From contig CBDCXL010000002.1 in NCBI GenBank assembly GCA_965223795.1, positions 1,216,001 through 1,280,000 on the forward strand: a stretch of 64,000 nt of DNA, written 5' to 3'. This DNA is from Nitrospinales bacterium (GTDB lineage: Bacteria > Nitrospinota > Nitrospinia > Nitrospinales > VA-1). Made by a program: the position numbers and the translations under genes. The notes under the pieces were generated by a model. That model had not been told where the DNA came from. It made no database searches and saw only the letters and a program-made list of their open reading frames with translations. Of the stretch, positions 45,566-56,831 are shown piece after piece. The stretch's first letter is position 1. Each line of letters starts with the position of its first letter.

Positions 45566-46261
45566 ATGTTCAAGTCAGGGGATGTAATTTCGTATTTGGA
45601 GATGTGTCAACGAGAAGGAGTGAATTTACAACGAGGAATGAACTTTAAGTTAAAAGGTAATTGCAGTGTCATTTTGATGAGTGTTCGTGCTGGAGCTCCA
45701 TATGCGGATAAAATCATTGATGAAGGAAAAGTATTAATTTACGAAGGCCACGATATACCCAGAAAACGTGAAGGACCTGACCCAAAAACTATAGACCAGC
45801 CATTAAAAAACCCAAGCGGTAGTTTGACTCAAAATGGATTGTTTTACCAATGCGCTTTGGATCACAGAAATGAAGGTTTCCCGCCTGAACCCGTGAAAGT
45901 ATATGAAAAAATTCAACCGGGTATCTGGGTTTTTAATGGTCTATTTCAATTAGTGGATGCTTGGCTAGAAAAAGTAAATTCGAGGAAAGTTTTTAAATTT
46001 AAGTTGGAAGTTATAGATGAAGAAATCGACTTGAAACAAAGAAGAGAGAACAATTTAGAACATAATAGATTGATTCCTTCCCAAATAAAGTTAGAAGTCT
46101 GGAAGAGAGATAGAGGAAAATGTGTCAAGTGTGGGAGTAATGATAACTTGCACTATGATCATATTTTACCTTTTTCTAAAGGTGGGTCCTCGTTAAGTTC
46201 AAAAAATATTCAAATCTTATGTGCTAGGCATAACTTAGAGAAAAAAGACAAAATTGAATAA
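45566..46261 (+). CDS. SRA-like domain plus HNH endonuclease (putative modification-dependent restriction enzyme)
   Basis: HNH: RDRGKCVKCG...HYDHILPFSKGG...NIQILCARHN. N-domain: PYAD, LIYEG, LTQN, VYEK...W.FNG.F.LV..W, RKVFKFKL. Strongly AT-rich. Confidence 0.85.
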   Translation: MFKSGDVISYLEMCQREGVNLQRGMNFKLKGNCSVILMSVRAGAPYADKIIDEGKVLIYEGHDIPRKREGPDPKTIDQPLKNPSGSLTQNGLFYQCALDHRNEGFPPEPVKVYEKIQPGIWVFNGLFQLVDAWLEKVNSRKVFKFKLEVIDEEIDLKQRRENNLEHNRLIPSQIKLEVWKRDRGKCVKCGSNDNLHYDHILPFSKGGSSLSSKNIQILCARHNLEKKDKIE

Positions 46262-46374
46262 TTTTCACCACTAGAGTAATTTTTCTTCCTCCCAAGTATT
46301 TTTCAATTTCTTTGTGAGTTTCAAAAATATTATTCCAGAAACGCATTTTCTTATCTTCTTAGTTTCTCCCTCAC

Positions 46375-47319
46375 ATGAGTCTCAAGCACATCGCTTTCGG
46401 AATCTCCTGTTACCTTCCCGGAGTTTACAATCTGGTGGCGCGGTGGGTCGATCCGCCGATGCCCGCGCGGTACGGCTATGCGGTGTGGATGCGGCACCTG
46501 GTGCGGGCGCACCAGCACGGGATCGCCGGCATTCCGCACACGGTCGCGGAACCGGGGCTCGGCTATTCGCCGGGCGCGGGCCTTGCGGCGCTGCTTTCGG
46601 GGGCGGAGCGGTATGTCGCGGTCGATGTGCCGGGCTGCGAAGCCCGCCTGCACAATCTCAAACTGTTCGATGAGCTGGTCGCGCTTTTTGAGCAGCGGGC
46701 GGACATCCCGGACGCGGCGGAATTCCCGCGCATGCAGCCGGCGCTCGATGCGTACGCGTTCCCGAAGGATCTTCTGACCGAAGCGCACCTGGCGCGGACC
46801 CTGGCTGCCGACCGCGTGGCCGCGTTGCGGCAGGCGGTGTCCCAACCGGACGCGCCGGACTCGCCGCTGCGCCGCGTGTGCCCGTTGACGGACCCGGAAG
46901 TTCTGGAACCGCATTCGGTGGACATGATCTTCTCGCAGGCGGTGCTGGAGCATGTGGATGATCTGGAGACGGTGTACCGCGCGTTTTCTCTGTGGCTCAA
47001 ACCAAAGGGATGGATGTCGCACACGATCGACTTCACCTGCCACAACACGTCGAAGGTGTGGAACGGGCACTGGACGATCGGCGATGGTCGCTGGGGCTTG
47101 ATGCGGGGCGGACGGCCGTATCTGCTCAACCGGCAGCCGCATTCGGCGCATCTGCAATTGCTGCGCGAAACCGATTTCAAAATTCTTCTGGATCAGCGTC
47201 TGTTCAATAAAAAAAAGAGCGTCGCCCGAAAAGACCTGACCCTGCGGTTCGAGCACCTGACCGATGAGGATCTGAAAACCCAGGGCGCGTTCATTCTGGC
47301 GGCGGCACCCGAACGCTGA
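46375..47319 (+). CDS. Class I SAM-dependent methyltransferase-like protein
   Basis: AEPGLG, VAVD, VDMIFSQAVLEHVDD, LKPKG..SH.ID. Confidence 0.8.
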   Translation: MSLKHIAFGISCYLPGVYNLVARWVDPPMPARYGYAVWMRHLVRAHQHGIAGIPHTVAEPGLGYSPGAGLAALLSGAERYVAVDVPGCEARLHNLKLFDELVALFEQRADIPDAAEFPRMQPALDAYAFPKDLLTEAHLARTLAADRVAALRQAVSQPDAPDSPLRRVCPLTDPEVLEPHSVDMIFSQAVLEHVDDLETVYRAFSLWLKPKGWMSHTIDFTCHNTSKVWNGHWTIGDGRWGLMRGGRPYLLNRQPHSAHLQLLRETDFKILLDQRLFNKKKSVARKDLTLRFEHLTDEDLKTQGAFILAAAPER

Positions 47320-47364
47320 CAATTCCCTAACCTTCAGCACGCGCCCCTCGCCTGTTCAGGCGTA

Positions 47365-47901
47365 TCACTCCTTCAAGCTCAGATTGTAGTAAATGAGGGT
47401 GCCTTCCCCGTCCTCGTGGATGAGGACCGAAAGTTCCCGCTTTTCCTGGCTCAGGAGCATGAGCGGCGGCGGGCTTTTGAGCGTCCAGCCGGGGCGGTGC
47501 TTCTCCTGCCGGTAAAAGCGCACCACCTGGTCCTTGGCATCGCGGGTGGACGCCAGCCAGTGATCGTGCCCGGGCCCGCCCACCCGGGGCAGCGCGGCGA
47601 TCGTGTCGATCGCGGGATAGGGCGGCAACAGCCGGGCGATGGCTTCTTTTCCCTGCATGTCGCGGAAACCCATGTATGTGATGCCCACGATCAGCACAAA
47701 GAAGATGAGGGCTGCGGACTGGGAATAGTGCCGGAAGGGATTATCGCTTTCGTCTAAAAAACCGAGATACACGCTGACCAGGAACAGCGCCAGCAGCAGA
47801 ATGAACAACCCGGTGAAGCGGCCGCCGACTCCGGCTGCAAGCACGAACACGCCCTGCAACAGCAAACCTGCGGCGATCAGTGCGTGACGTTTTCGGCGCA
47901 T
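47365..47901 (-). CDS. Membrane protein of unknown function
   Basis: Three hydrophobic segments followed by a soluble domain. Start uncertain. Confidence 0.6.
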   Translation of the reverse strand: MRRKRHALIAAGLLLQGVFVLAAGVGGRFTGLFILLLALFLVSVYLGFLDESDNPFRHYSQSAALIFFVLIVGITYMGFRDMQGKEAIARLLPPYPAIDTIAALPRVGGPGHDHWLASTRDAKDQVVRFYRQEKHRPGWTLKSPPPLMLLSQEKRELSVLIHEDGEGTLIYYNLSLKE

Positions 47902-48124
47902 CGGGGGTTCTTGGCAATGGGGTGGGGTGGGGCCGGGCCTCGCTGCTGCCACGGCGAGCACATTCAGGCGGGTGCCATTGTAGCAAAAGCGGGCGCGCTT
48001 CGCCCGGCAGGATGCGTGACGCGGGTTCAGGTTTGTTCGGATGCCGCAAACGAGTGCGCCGCCTGCGGGCGTCCCGGAATTTCGGATCTTACAGGAAGGA
48101 CAACGGCGGCGGTCCCTCCGGACC

Positions 48125-49072
48125 TCAGCCTTTGAGGAACGCGTCGATCTCTTCGCAGGTTTTCTTCACATCCTGCGCAGAGATGTTCAGAGCCTCCATT
48201 TCCGCATCAGAGAGTTTGAGTTCGATGATCTTTTCCATGCCGCCGATCCCCATCATCACGGGCACACCGAAGAAGATGCCGTCCCATCCGTACTCGCCTT
48301 CGAGATAGGCGGTGCAGGGCAGGATGCGTTTCTTGTCGTGCAGGATGGCTTCGATCATCTTCACGACCGAGGCGCCGGGCGCCATGAACGCGCTGCCTTT
48401 TTTCAGCAGCGCCACGATCTCGGCGCCGCCTTTGCGGGTGCGCTCGACCAGCCGTTCGATCTGTTGCTCGCTCATCAGCTCGGTGATGGGGATGCCGGAA
48501 ACGGTGGTGTAACGCGGCATCGGCACCATCGAGTCACCGTGGCCGCCGAGCACCATGGCATCGACGTCCACCAGCGAACAGTTCAGCTCCAGGGAAACGA
48601 AGGTGCGCAGCCGCGCGGAATCGAGCACACCGGCCATGCCCACGATACTTTGCTTGGGCAGGCCGGAGACTTTTTTCGCGAGGTACACCATGGCGTCGAG
48701 GGGATTCGACACCACGATGATGATCGGATCGGAGGAATATTTCATGACTTCCTCGGTCACCGACTTGACGATCTTGGCGTTGGTCGCCAGCAGGTCCTCG
48801 CGGCTCTGGCCGGGTTTTCTGGGAAGCCCGGCGGTGATGACGACGATGTCGGAATCGGCGGTGTCCTTGTAGTCGTTGGTGCCGACGATGATGCTGTCGA
48901 ACACTTGCAAACAGCCGGATTCCTGAAGATCGAGCGCCTTTCCCTGCGGCACGCCATCAATGATGTCCGTGAGCACGACGTTGCCCAGGTTTTTGTAAGC
49001 CACGAGCTGCGCCACGGTGGAGCCCACCTGCCCGGCGCCGATCACCGTGATTTTTTTCCGCGCGGAGTTCAT
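48125..49072 (-). CDS. mdh: Malate dehydrogenase (LDH-like)
   Basis: GAGQVG, TAGLPRKPGQSREDL, VSNPLD, LDSARL, LGGHGDSM. Confidence 0.96.
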   Translation of the reverse strand: MNSARKKITVIGAGQVGSTVAQLVAYKNLGNVVLTDIIDGVPQGKALDLQESGCLQVFDSIIVGTNDYKDTADSDIVVITAGLPRKPGQSREDLLATNAKIVKSVTEEVMKYSSDPIIIVVSNPLDAMVYLAKKVSGLPKQSIVGMAGVLDSARLRTFVSLELNCSLVDVDAMVLGGHGDSMVPMPRYTTVSGIPITELMSEQQIERLVERTRKGGAEIVALLKKGSAFMAPGASVVKMIEAILHDKKRILPCTAYLEGEYGWDGIFFGVPVMMGIGGMEKIIELKLSDAEMEALNISAQDVKKTCEEIDAFLKG

Positions 49073-49131
49073 AACGTTCCCCTATGTCGTTTTCGAAGTC
49101 GAAGTGATGACGCCGCTTGCGCGGCATCCCC

Positions 49132-51375
<2,244 letters not shown>

Positions 51376-51410
51376 TCACCCCATTGAAAATGGCGCAGGA
51401 AACCCTGCTC

Positions 51411-51426
51411 AATTGACATATCAATT
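51411..51426. promoter_or_regulatory. Perfect 6-4-6 palindrome upstream of icd
   Basis: AATTGA-CATA-TCAATT. Confidence 0.4.
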
Positions 51427-51922
51427 ATTAATCGCCGGCTCCGGTCCCGTATCGGTCTACTGACTCGTTTGTGATGGCCGCCCGAAACGGTTGGATCCGC
51501 AAGAATTCTTTGGAAAGCACTTGAAAAATAGAAGAATTTGGATTGGGGGGTAAACTAAATTATTCCTTCCCGTTTTGTCAAGCGATTTTGCTTCTCCGCC
51601 CCTTCGCGAAGCCGGAGAATGCGGTTTTTTTTTGCGTCCGGAAGCGGTTTCACACAATTTCGGGCGGACGAAATGCGCCAAAGTCCGCGCCGGAAAATCT
51701 ACGGCATTGAAATGTAAAATTTTATCGATTGCCGCGCGGTGGACCGGGGTGCTGTCGTCTTTGCTTTTTCCCGAACATTAAAAAATTTTCATGATTACAG
51801 CGGCGGCCCGTTCCAGTACCCCGGGAAGGGAATCGTGGACGGTCCGGAACGGTTTCCCGTGCTCTGGGGGATCAACTATAATAGAATCTCAGCCGTCTGT
51901 TTGCATTCTCTGTCACAGATCC

Positions 51923-54613
51923 ATGAACGATTCGGTCACATCCTACAAATTCGGCATCAAGTTCGAGCCGGTGCGCCTGATCCCTGAGGATCCCCGGCAG
52001 CGCCTGCCCTATTTCAAGACGTTCAAGTCGCTCATCGCGCAGGAGAAGCTGAGGATCCAGGCCTGGCACCAGAGCGGCGTGGGCGGCCGCGAGGTCATCC
52101 AGGCGCACACGTCGCTGATCGACGAGGTCATCCGGCACCTGATCGCGGCGCTGGCGGCCCTGCCGCGCTACCGGGGAGCGGCGGTTCTGGACTCCTTCGC
52201 GCTGGTGGCGGTGGGCGGCTACGGACGCGGGGAGCTGAACCCGTATTCCGACATCGACCTTTTGTTCCTCACGTCCCCGAAGATCAAAAAATCCACGGAC
52301 GAATTCATTCAGGACCTCATCTCCATCTTCTGGGGCATCGGCATGGAGATCGGGCACAGCTGCCGCACCGTCAAGGAGTGCATCAAGCTGGCGCACGAGG
52401 ACGTCACGATCAAGACGTCTCTCATCGAGACGCGGTTTCTGACCGGCAAGCGGGAGAAATACGACCGGTTCTGCGATTCGTACGCGCGCAATGTGCTGAA
52501 AAAAAACATCCGTTCGTTCCTCGACTTCAAACAGGAGGAAAAGGTCCGGCGCTACGGCGAGACCGAGGAGATGGTGTGCGTTCAGGAGCCGAACGTGAAG
52601 GACGGTCCGGGCGGCCTTAGGGATTACCACACGGCGATGTGGGCCGCCGCGGTGCGCTTCGGCTCGCTGTCGCTGCGCGAGATCGGCGAGAACGAGATGA
52701 TCTCCGGCGGCGAGGTGGACGCGCTTTACGAATCGGTGAACTTTCTTTTGCGGGTGCGCAACGAGCTGCATTACCAGGCGAAGAAAAAGCACGACGTGCT
52801 GACGCTGGACCTGCAGAAGCGGGTCGCCGCCAGCCTGGGATACCCTTCAGAGAACGAGACGGTGTGCGTGGAAAGCTTCATGCGGGATTATTTTCTGCAC
52901 GCGACCAATATCCATAAGTTTTCCAAGACGATCTTTGATCTATGCCGGCATTCGAAGCGCGGCCTGAAAACGGTGCTCTCCGCCTTCACGCAGAAACAGC
53001 TGGCGGACGGGTTCGTGGCCAAGGACGGGGCCCTGATTCTGGGACAGGACGCGGAGCGGTTTTTTTCCGCGGACCGCACGCAGCTGCTCAAGCTGTTCGA
53101 CCTTTGCCGCGAACACGGGGTGGAACCGAATTACCAGCTCAAGCGGCAGATCCGGCTCAACAAGCACCTGCTGGACGCGCAATTTCTGCGCGATCCCTGG
53201 GTGAAAACGTTCCTGTTCTCCATCCTCGAGAACCCGCAGTCGGTGAAAAGCCTGAGACTCATGCACGACACGGAGGTGCTGGGGCAGATCCTGCCGGAAT
53301 TCGGACGGGTGCACTGCCGGGTCAGCTACGATTTCTACCACCGCTTCACCGCCGATGAGCATTCGCTGCGCATGGTGTTTTTCCTGGAAGAGCTGGTGCA
53401 GGATACGGGCGAGCTGGGGCAGCTGTACACGGAGCTGCCCGCGCAGGGGCTGTTGAAGCTCGCGGCGCTGCTGCAGTCGGTGGGCCGGCAGGAGGGCGCG
53501 CAGGCGTCGTCCGACCGCACCGCGCTCAAAACGGTTGCCGAACGGTTGAAGCTGGAAAGCGGGGAGCTGGAAACGCTTGAGTTCCTGGTGCAGCAGCAAA
53601 GCGCGATGGTGGAGGCGGCGCTCTATCAGGACATCCGCCAGCCTGCCACGGTGCGTGACTTTGCCGGCAGGACGGGGACGCGGGAGCGGCTCGACCTGCT
53701 CTATCTCATCACCTACGCGGACCTGCGCGCGGTCGCTCCGGGAACCTGGACCTCCTGGAAGAAAGTGCTGCTTTCGGAGTTGTATCACCGCACCGCCGAT
53801 TATCTGGAACGGCCGGAATCGCTCAAGGAAATCCCGCAGGCGACGCGGGAGGAGGTGTACAAGGCGCTCAACTGGGAATTCACCGCCGCCGAGATCGAAA
53901 CGCATCTGAACCAGCTGCCCAAGGATTACCTGATCGCCTCGCAGCCGCAGGAGGTGGCGCTGCACCTGAGGCTCATCCGCTCGCTCCGAAACCGCACGTT
54001 CATTCTGCACCATCAGTTCAATGAAGGCGGCGATTACCACAACCTGACTTTGTGCTGCATGGCGAAGCTCGAGGCGTTCAAGAAACTGGTGGGCACGGTG
54101 ACCTCGAAGAACCTCAACATCCTGGGTGCGCAGATTTATCTGAAAAAGGACGGCATCGTCATCCTGTCCATCCAGGTGGCGACGCCGAAAAACTCGCTGC
54201 CGCACGACATCAAGATCTGGAAGGAGGTCAAGGAAACGCTGGAGGAGGTGCTCAAGGAGCGCATCACGCTGCCGGCGCTGTTGGCTTCCCGCACGCGCTA
54301 TGTCAAGCCGCGCCCGGCGTCGCATGCGATCGTGCCGAAGATCCGCATCGAGAACGCGGCCAGCCAGCCGTACACGCTGCTGCGCATCGAGGCGCGCGAT
54401 CACCTGGGCATGCTCTACAAGATCGCCAAGGTGATCGCGGATTTCGGCATTCAGATCCACCGCGCCAAAATCGCCACTCAGGGGGACCGGGGCATCGACG
54501 TGTTCTTCATCTCGCTGAAAAACAAAAAACTGGTGTTTCCCAAGCTGATCCGCAGGATCAAGGAACGGCTGGTGCACGTCCTGCTGATGGAGAAGGTGGA
54601 AGAGATCGACTGA
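51923..54613 (+). CDS. glnD: PII uridylyltransferase GlnD with degenerate HD domain
   Basis: AVGGYGRGELNPYSDIDL, EPNVKDGPGGLRD, TADEH, W.SWK..LL.ELY, two C-terminal ACT domains. LLQSVGR replaces LHDIGK. Confidence 0.93.
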   Translation: MNDSVTSYKFGIKFEPVRLIPEDPRQRLPYFKTFKSLIAQEKLRIQAWHQSGVGGREVIQAHTSLIDEVIRHLIAALAALPRYRGAAVLDSFALVAVGGYGRGELNPYSDIDLLFLTSPKIKKSTDEFIQDLISIFWGIGMEIGHSCRTVKECIKLAHEDVTIKTSLIETRFLTGKREKYDRFCDSYARNVLKKNIRSFLDFKQEEKVRRYGETEEMVCVQEPNVKDGPGGLRDYHTAMWAAAVRFGSLSLREIGENEMISGGEVDALYESVNFLLRVRNELHYQAKKKHDVLTLDLQKRVAASLGYPSENETVCVESFMRDYFLHATNIHKFSKTIFDLCRHSKRGLKTVLSAFTQKQLADGFVAKDGALILGQDAERFFSADRTQLLKLFDLCREHGVEPNYQLKRQIRLNKHLLDAQFLRDPWVKTFLFSILENPQSVKSLRLMHDTEVLGQILPEFGRVHCRVSYDFYHRFTADEHSLRMVFFLEELVQDTGELGQLYTELPAQGLLKLAALLQSVGRQEGAQASSDRTALKTVAERLKLESGELETLEFLVQQQSAMVEAALYQDIRQPATVRDFAGRTGTRERLDLLYLITYADLRAVAPGTWTSWKKVLLSELYHRTADYLERPESLKEIPQATREEVYKALNWEFTAAEIETHLNQLPKDYLIASQPQEVALHLRLIRSLRNRTFILHHQFNEGGDYHNLTLCCMAKLEAFKKLVGTVTSKNLNILGAQIYLKKDGIVILSIQVATPKNSLPHDIKIWKEVKETLEEVLKERITLPALLASRTRYVKPRPASHAIVPKIRIENAASQPYTLLRIEARDHLGMLYKIAKVIADFGIQIHRAKIATQGDRGIDVFFISLKNKKLVFPKLIRRIKERLVHVLLMEKVEEID

Positions 54614-54677
54614 CCGTTTGCGGCGCGGATGTGCACCGGCGCCGTGTCCGCAACCAACTTGAAGGGGTTTGAATCGT

Positions 54678-55034
54678 ATGCTGCCTTTTCTTCTGGCGGG
54701 TTGGCTCGTGCTGCCGCACGGCTGGCTCGCGGCCAACCACAACGCCACGCCGCAATCGGCGCTGGGCGAGCAGACCTACCGCGACCGCTGCCTGGTGTGT
54801 CACGGCGCTCAGGGGAGCGGCAATGCGTTTGTCGCCACGGTGCTCGATCCGCCGCCGAAAAACTTCACCTCCGCCGAGTCCAAACGGGAACTGACGCGCG
54901 AACGGATGATCCGCTCGGCCACGGAAGGGCGGCCGGGCACGGCGATGATGCCCTGGAAGGACGTGCTCTCGCCGGAAGAGATCGACGCGGTGGTCGGCTA
55001 CATCCGCACGCGGCTCATGGGTCTCTCCTCCTGA
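54678..55034 (+). CDS. Monoheme cytochrome c
   Basis: Signal peptide; CLVCH; P.NFT; GRPGTAMMPW (axial Met). Confidence 0.92.
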   Translation: MLPFLLAGWLVLPHGWLAANHNATPQSALGEQTYRDRCLVCHGAQGSGNAFVATVLDPPPKNFTSAESKRELTRERMIRSATEGRPGTAMMPWKDVLSPEEIDAVVGYIRTRLMGLSS

Positions 55035-55037
55035 CCG

Positions 55038-55216
55038 CTGCGCGCGGGGCGGAATTGCTCACGCCGTGCCATGCTTCCTGGTTGGGCGCGCACTCTTAAG
55101 CACAGTCCATCCCTGCGCGCGGGGCGGAATTGCTCACGCCGTGCCATGCTTCCTGGTCGGGCGCGCACTCTTAAGCACAGTCCATTCCTGCGTGCGGGAC
55201 GTGTTTGCTCACGCCG
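55038..55216. repeat. 75-bp tandem repeat, about 2.4 copies
   Basis: Units start at 55038, 55113 and 55188. The first two differ at 2 positions; the third is partial and degenerate. Confidence 0.92.
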
Positions 55217-55316
55217 CTCCTCCGCGGAGGGCGTGCGTGCTCACGACGGGCAACACCGCCCGGTTCAACGCGAATTTCTCGGCCTTCCCCTGTCCTCCGC
55301 AGTGAGCCACGCGTTT

Positions 55317-55625
55317 TTATTTTTTCATGGTTTTTCCAAGCTTGTTTTCGATGGAAGCCATTTTGGATTCCAATCTCCCGCTCTTGCCTTTGCGATAGTC
55401 GATTTTGATCGAACAGGTGATGCGGCCGCAGTCGGCCTGCATGGTGTCGAAGCAGGTCTTGACCACCTGCATGACCTCGTCCCACTCTCCTTCGAGGACG
55501 GTGCCCATCGGGTTCAGGCGGTAGTCGACGCCGCTTTCGTCGATGATTTTCAGGGAGCGGCTGACGTAGTCGCTGACGCTTTCCCCCTTGTCCAGGGGGG
55601 TCATGCTGAATTCCAGAAGTACCAT
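55317..55625 (-). CDS. MTH1187/DUF77 thiamine-binding family protein
   Basis: FSMTPL...SVSDYV, Y.LNPMGTVLEGEW, KIDYR. Confidence 0.92.
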   Translation of the reverse strand: MVLLEFSMTPLDKGESVSDYVSRSLKIIDESGVDYRLNPMGTVLEGEWDEVMQVVKTCFDTMQADCGRITCSIKIDYRKGKSGRLESKMASIENKLGKTMKK

Positions 55626-55748
55626 GTTTTGAATTCCTTATAAAAAAATTTGCTTGCATTTTAGTGGCCAATTGTGAAATGATCAACACTTCCCATTCGA
55701 GATCCTAGCAGGATTTTCGAACATCCCAAGAGAAGGCGGTATGATGCT

Positions 55749-56831
55749 TTGCCCAAAATTTCCGATTTACGCGACAAGATAGACAAGATCGACGATCAGC
55801 TGCTCAAGCTGATCAACCGGCGGGCCGCTCTGGCGATCCAGATCGGCAAGGAAAAACACAAGAAAAACAGCTCCAATCATTTCCACGTTCCTCACCGGGA
55901 GCGGGAAATCATCGAACGGCTGAAAACCAGCAACCCCGGACCCTTTCCCAACGATTCGGTCGAATCGGTGTTCCGGGAAGTGTTTTCCGCCACCCTCGCG
56001 CTCGAAAAACCCCTGAATATCGGCTTTCTCGGCCCCACGACCACGTTCAGCCACCAGGCGGCGCTCAAGCAGTTCGGCCATTCCACGATCCTCACGCCTC
56101 TCGGCAGCATCGAGGCCATTTTCAAGGAAGTGGAACGGGGCAACTGCCATTACGGCATCGTGCCGGTGGAAAATTCCACTGAGGGCGTCATCAACCTCAC
56201 TCTCGATTGCTTCGTCGATTCGAAGCTTCTGGTGTGCGACGAGCTGAAGCTGCCGATCGCGCTGTACCTGCTTTCCACCGTCGAAAACCTCAAAGAGATC
56301 AAGACCATCTACTCCCACCCGCAGCCGCTGGCGCAGTGTAGGGGCTGGATCAACCAGAACCTGTCCTGGGCGGACACGGTTCCCGCCTCCAGCACCGCCA
56401 ATGCCGCGGAACGCGCTAAGCAGGACACTCAGTCGGCGGCGGTCGCGGGCCCGCTCGCGGCGGAAGTGTACGGTCTCCACGTTCTGTCGGAAAACATCCA
56501 GGACCGGCGCGACAATTTCACGCGTTTCTGGGTGATCGGCAAGGAAGAGGCGAAAAAAGCCCGCAAGAATAAAACTTCGATCATGTTCTCCATCAAGGAC
56601 GAGGCGGGTTCGCTGCTCAAGGCGCTGCGGCTGTTCGCCCGGCACGAAATCAACCTGACCAAGATTCAGTCACGGCCGCTGCGCAACCGGGCCTGGGAAT
56701 ACCTGTTCTTTGTCGATTTCGACGGCCACGTCGAAGAGGAAAAGGTGCAGAAGGTGCTCACGAATCTGGGCAGGCAGTGTTTATTCTTGAGAGTCATGGG
56801 CTCTTATCCGAAAGCGGGGACCCGCACATGA
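55749..56831 (+). CDS. pheA: Chorismate mutase / prephenate dehydratase
   Basis: LRDKIDKID, FLGP..TFSH, PVENSTEG, SHPQPLAQC, NFTRF, NLTKIQSRP. Confidence 0.96.
   Translation: MPKISDLRDKIDKIDDQLLKLINRRAALAIQIGKEKHKKNSSNHFHVPHREREIIERLKTSNPGPFPNDSVESVFREVFSATLALEKPLNIGFLGPTTTFSHQAALKQFGHSTILTPLGSIEAIFKEVERGNCHYGIVPVENSTEGVINLTLDCFVDSKLLVCDELKLPIALYLLSTVENLKEIKTIYSHPQPLAQCRGWINQNLSWADTVPASSTANAAERAKQDTQSAAVAGPLAAEVYGLHVLSENIQDRRDNFTRFWVIGKEEAKKARKNKTSIMFSIKDEAGSLLKALRLFARHEINLTKIQSRPLRNRAWEYLFFVDFDGHVEEEKVQKVLTNLGRQCLFLRVMGSYPKAGTRT

Noticed and set aside
45487..46374. Integron cassette or IS boundaries around the AT-rich insert
   Set aside because: No attC structure, terminal inverted repeats or target-site duplication could be identified by eye.
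46375..47319. Cognate DNA methyltransferase for the HNH nuclease
   Set aside because: No DPPY/NPPY or PC motif, host-like GC, and a small-molecule methyltransferase pattern.
55038..55216. CRISPR array, or a repeat-protein ORF (55066-55305, 55071-55643)
   Set aside because: The units are contiguous and near-identical, with no unique spacers and no cas genes. The ORFs stay open only because 75 is a multiple of 3, and they lack an RBS and protein-like composition.
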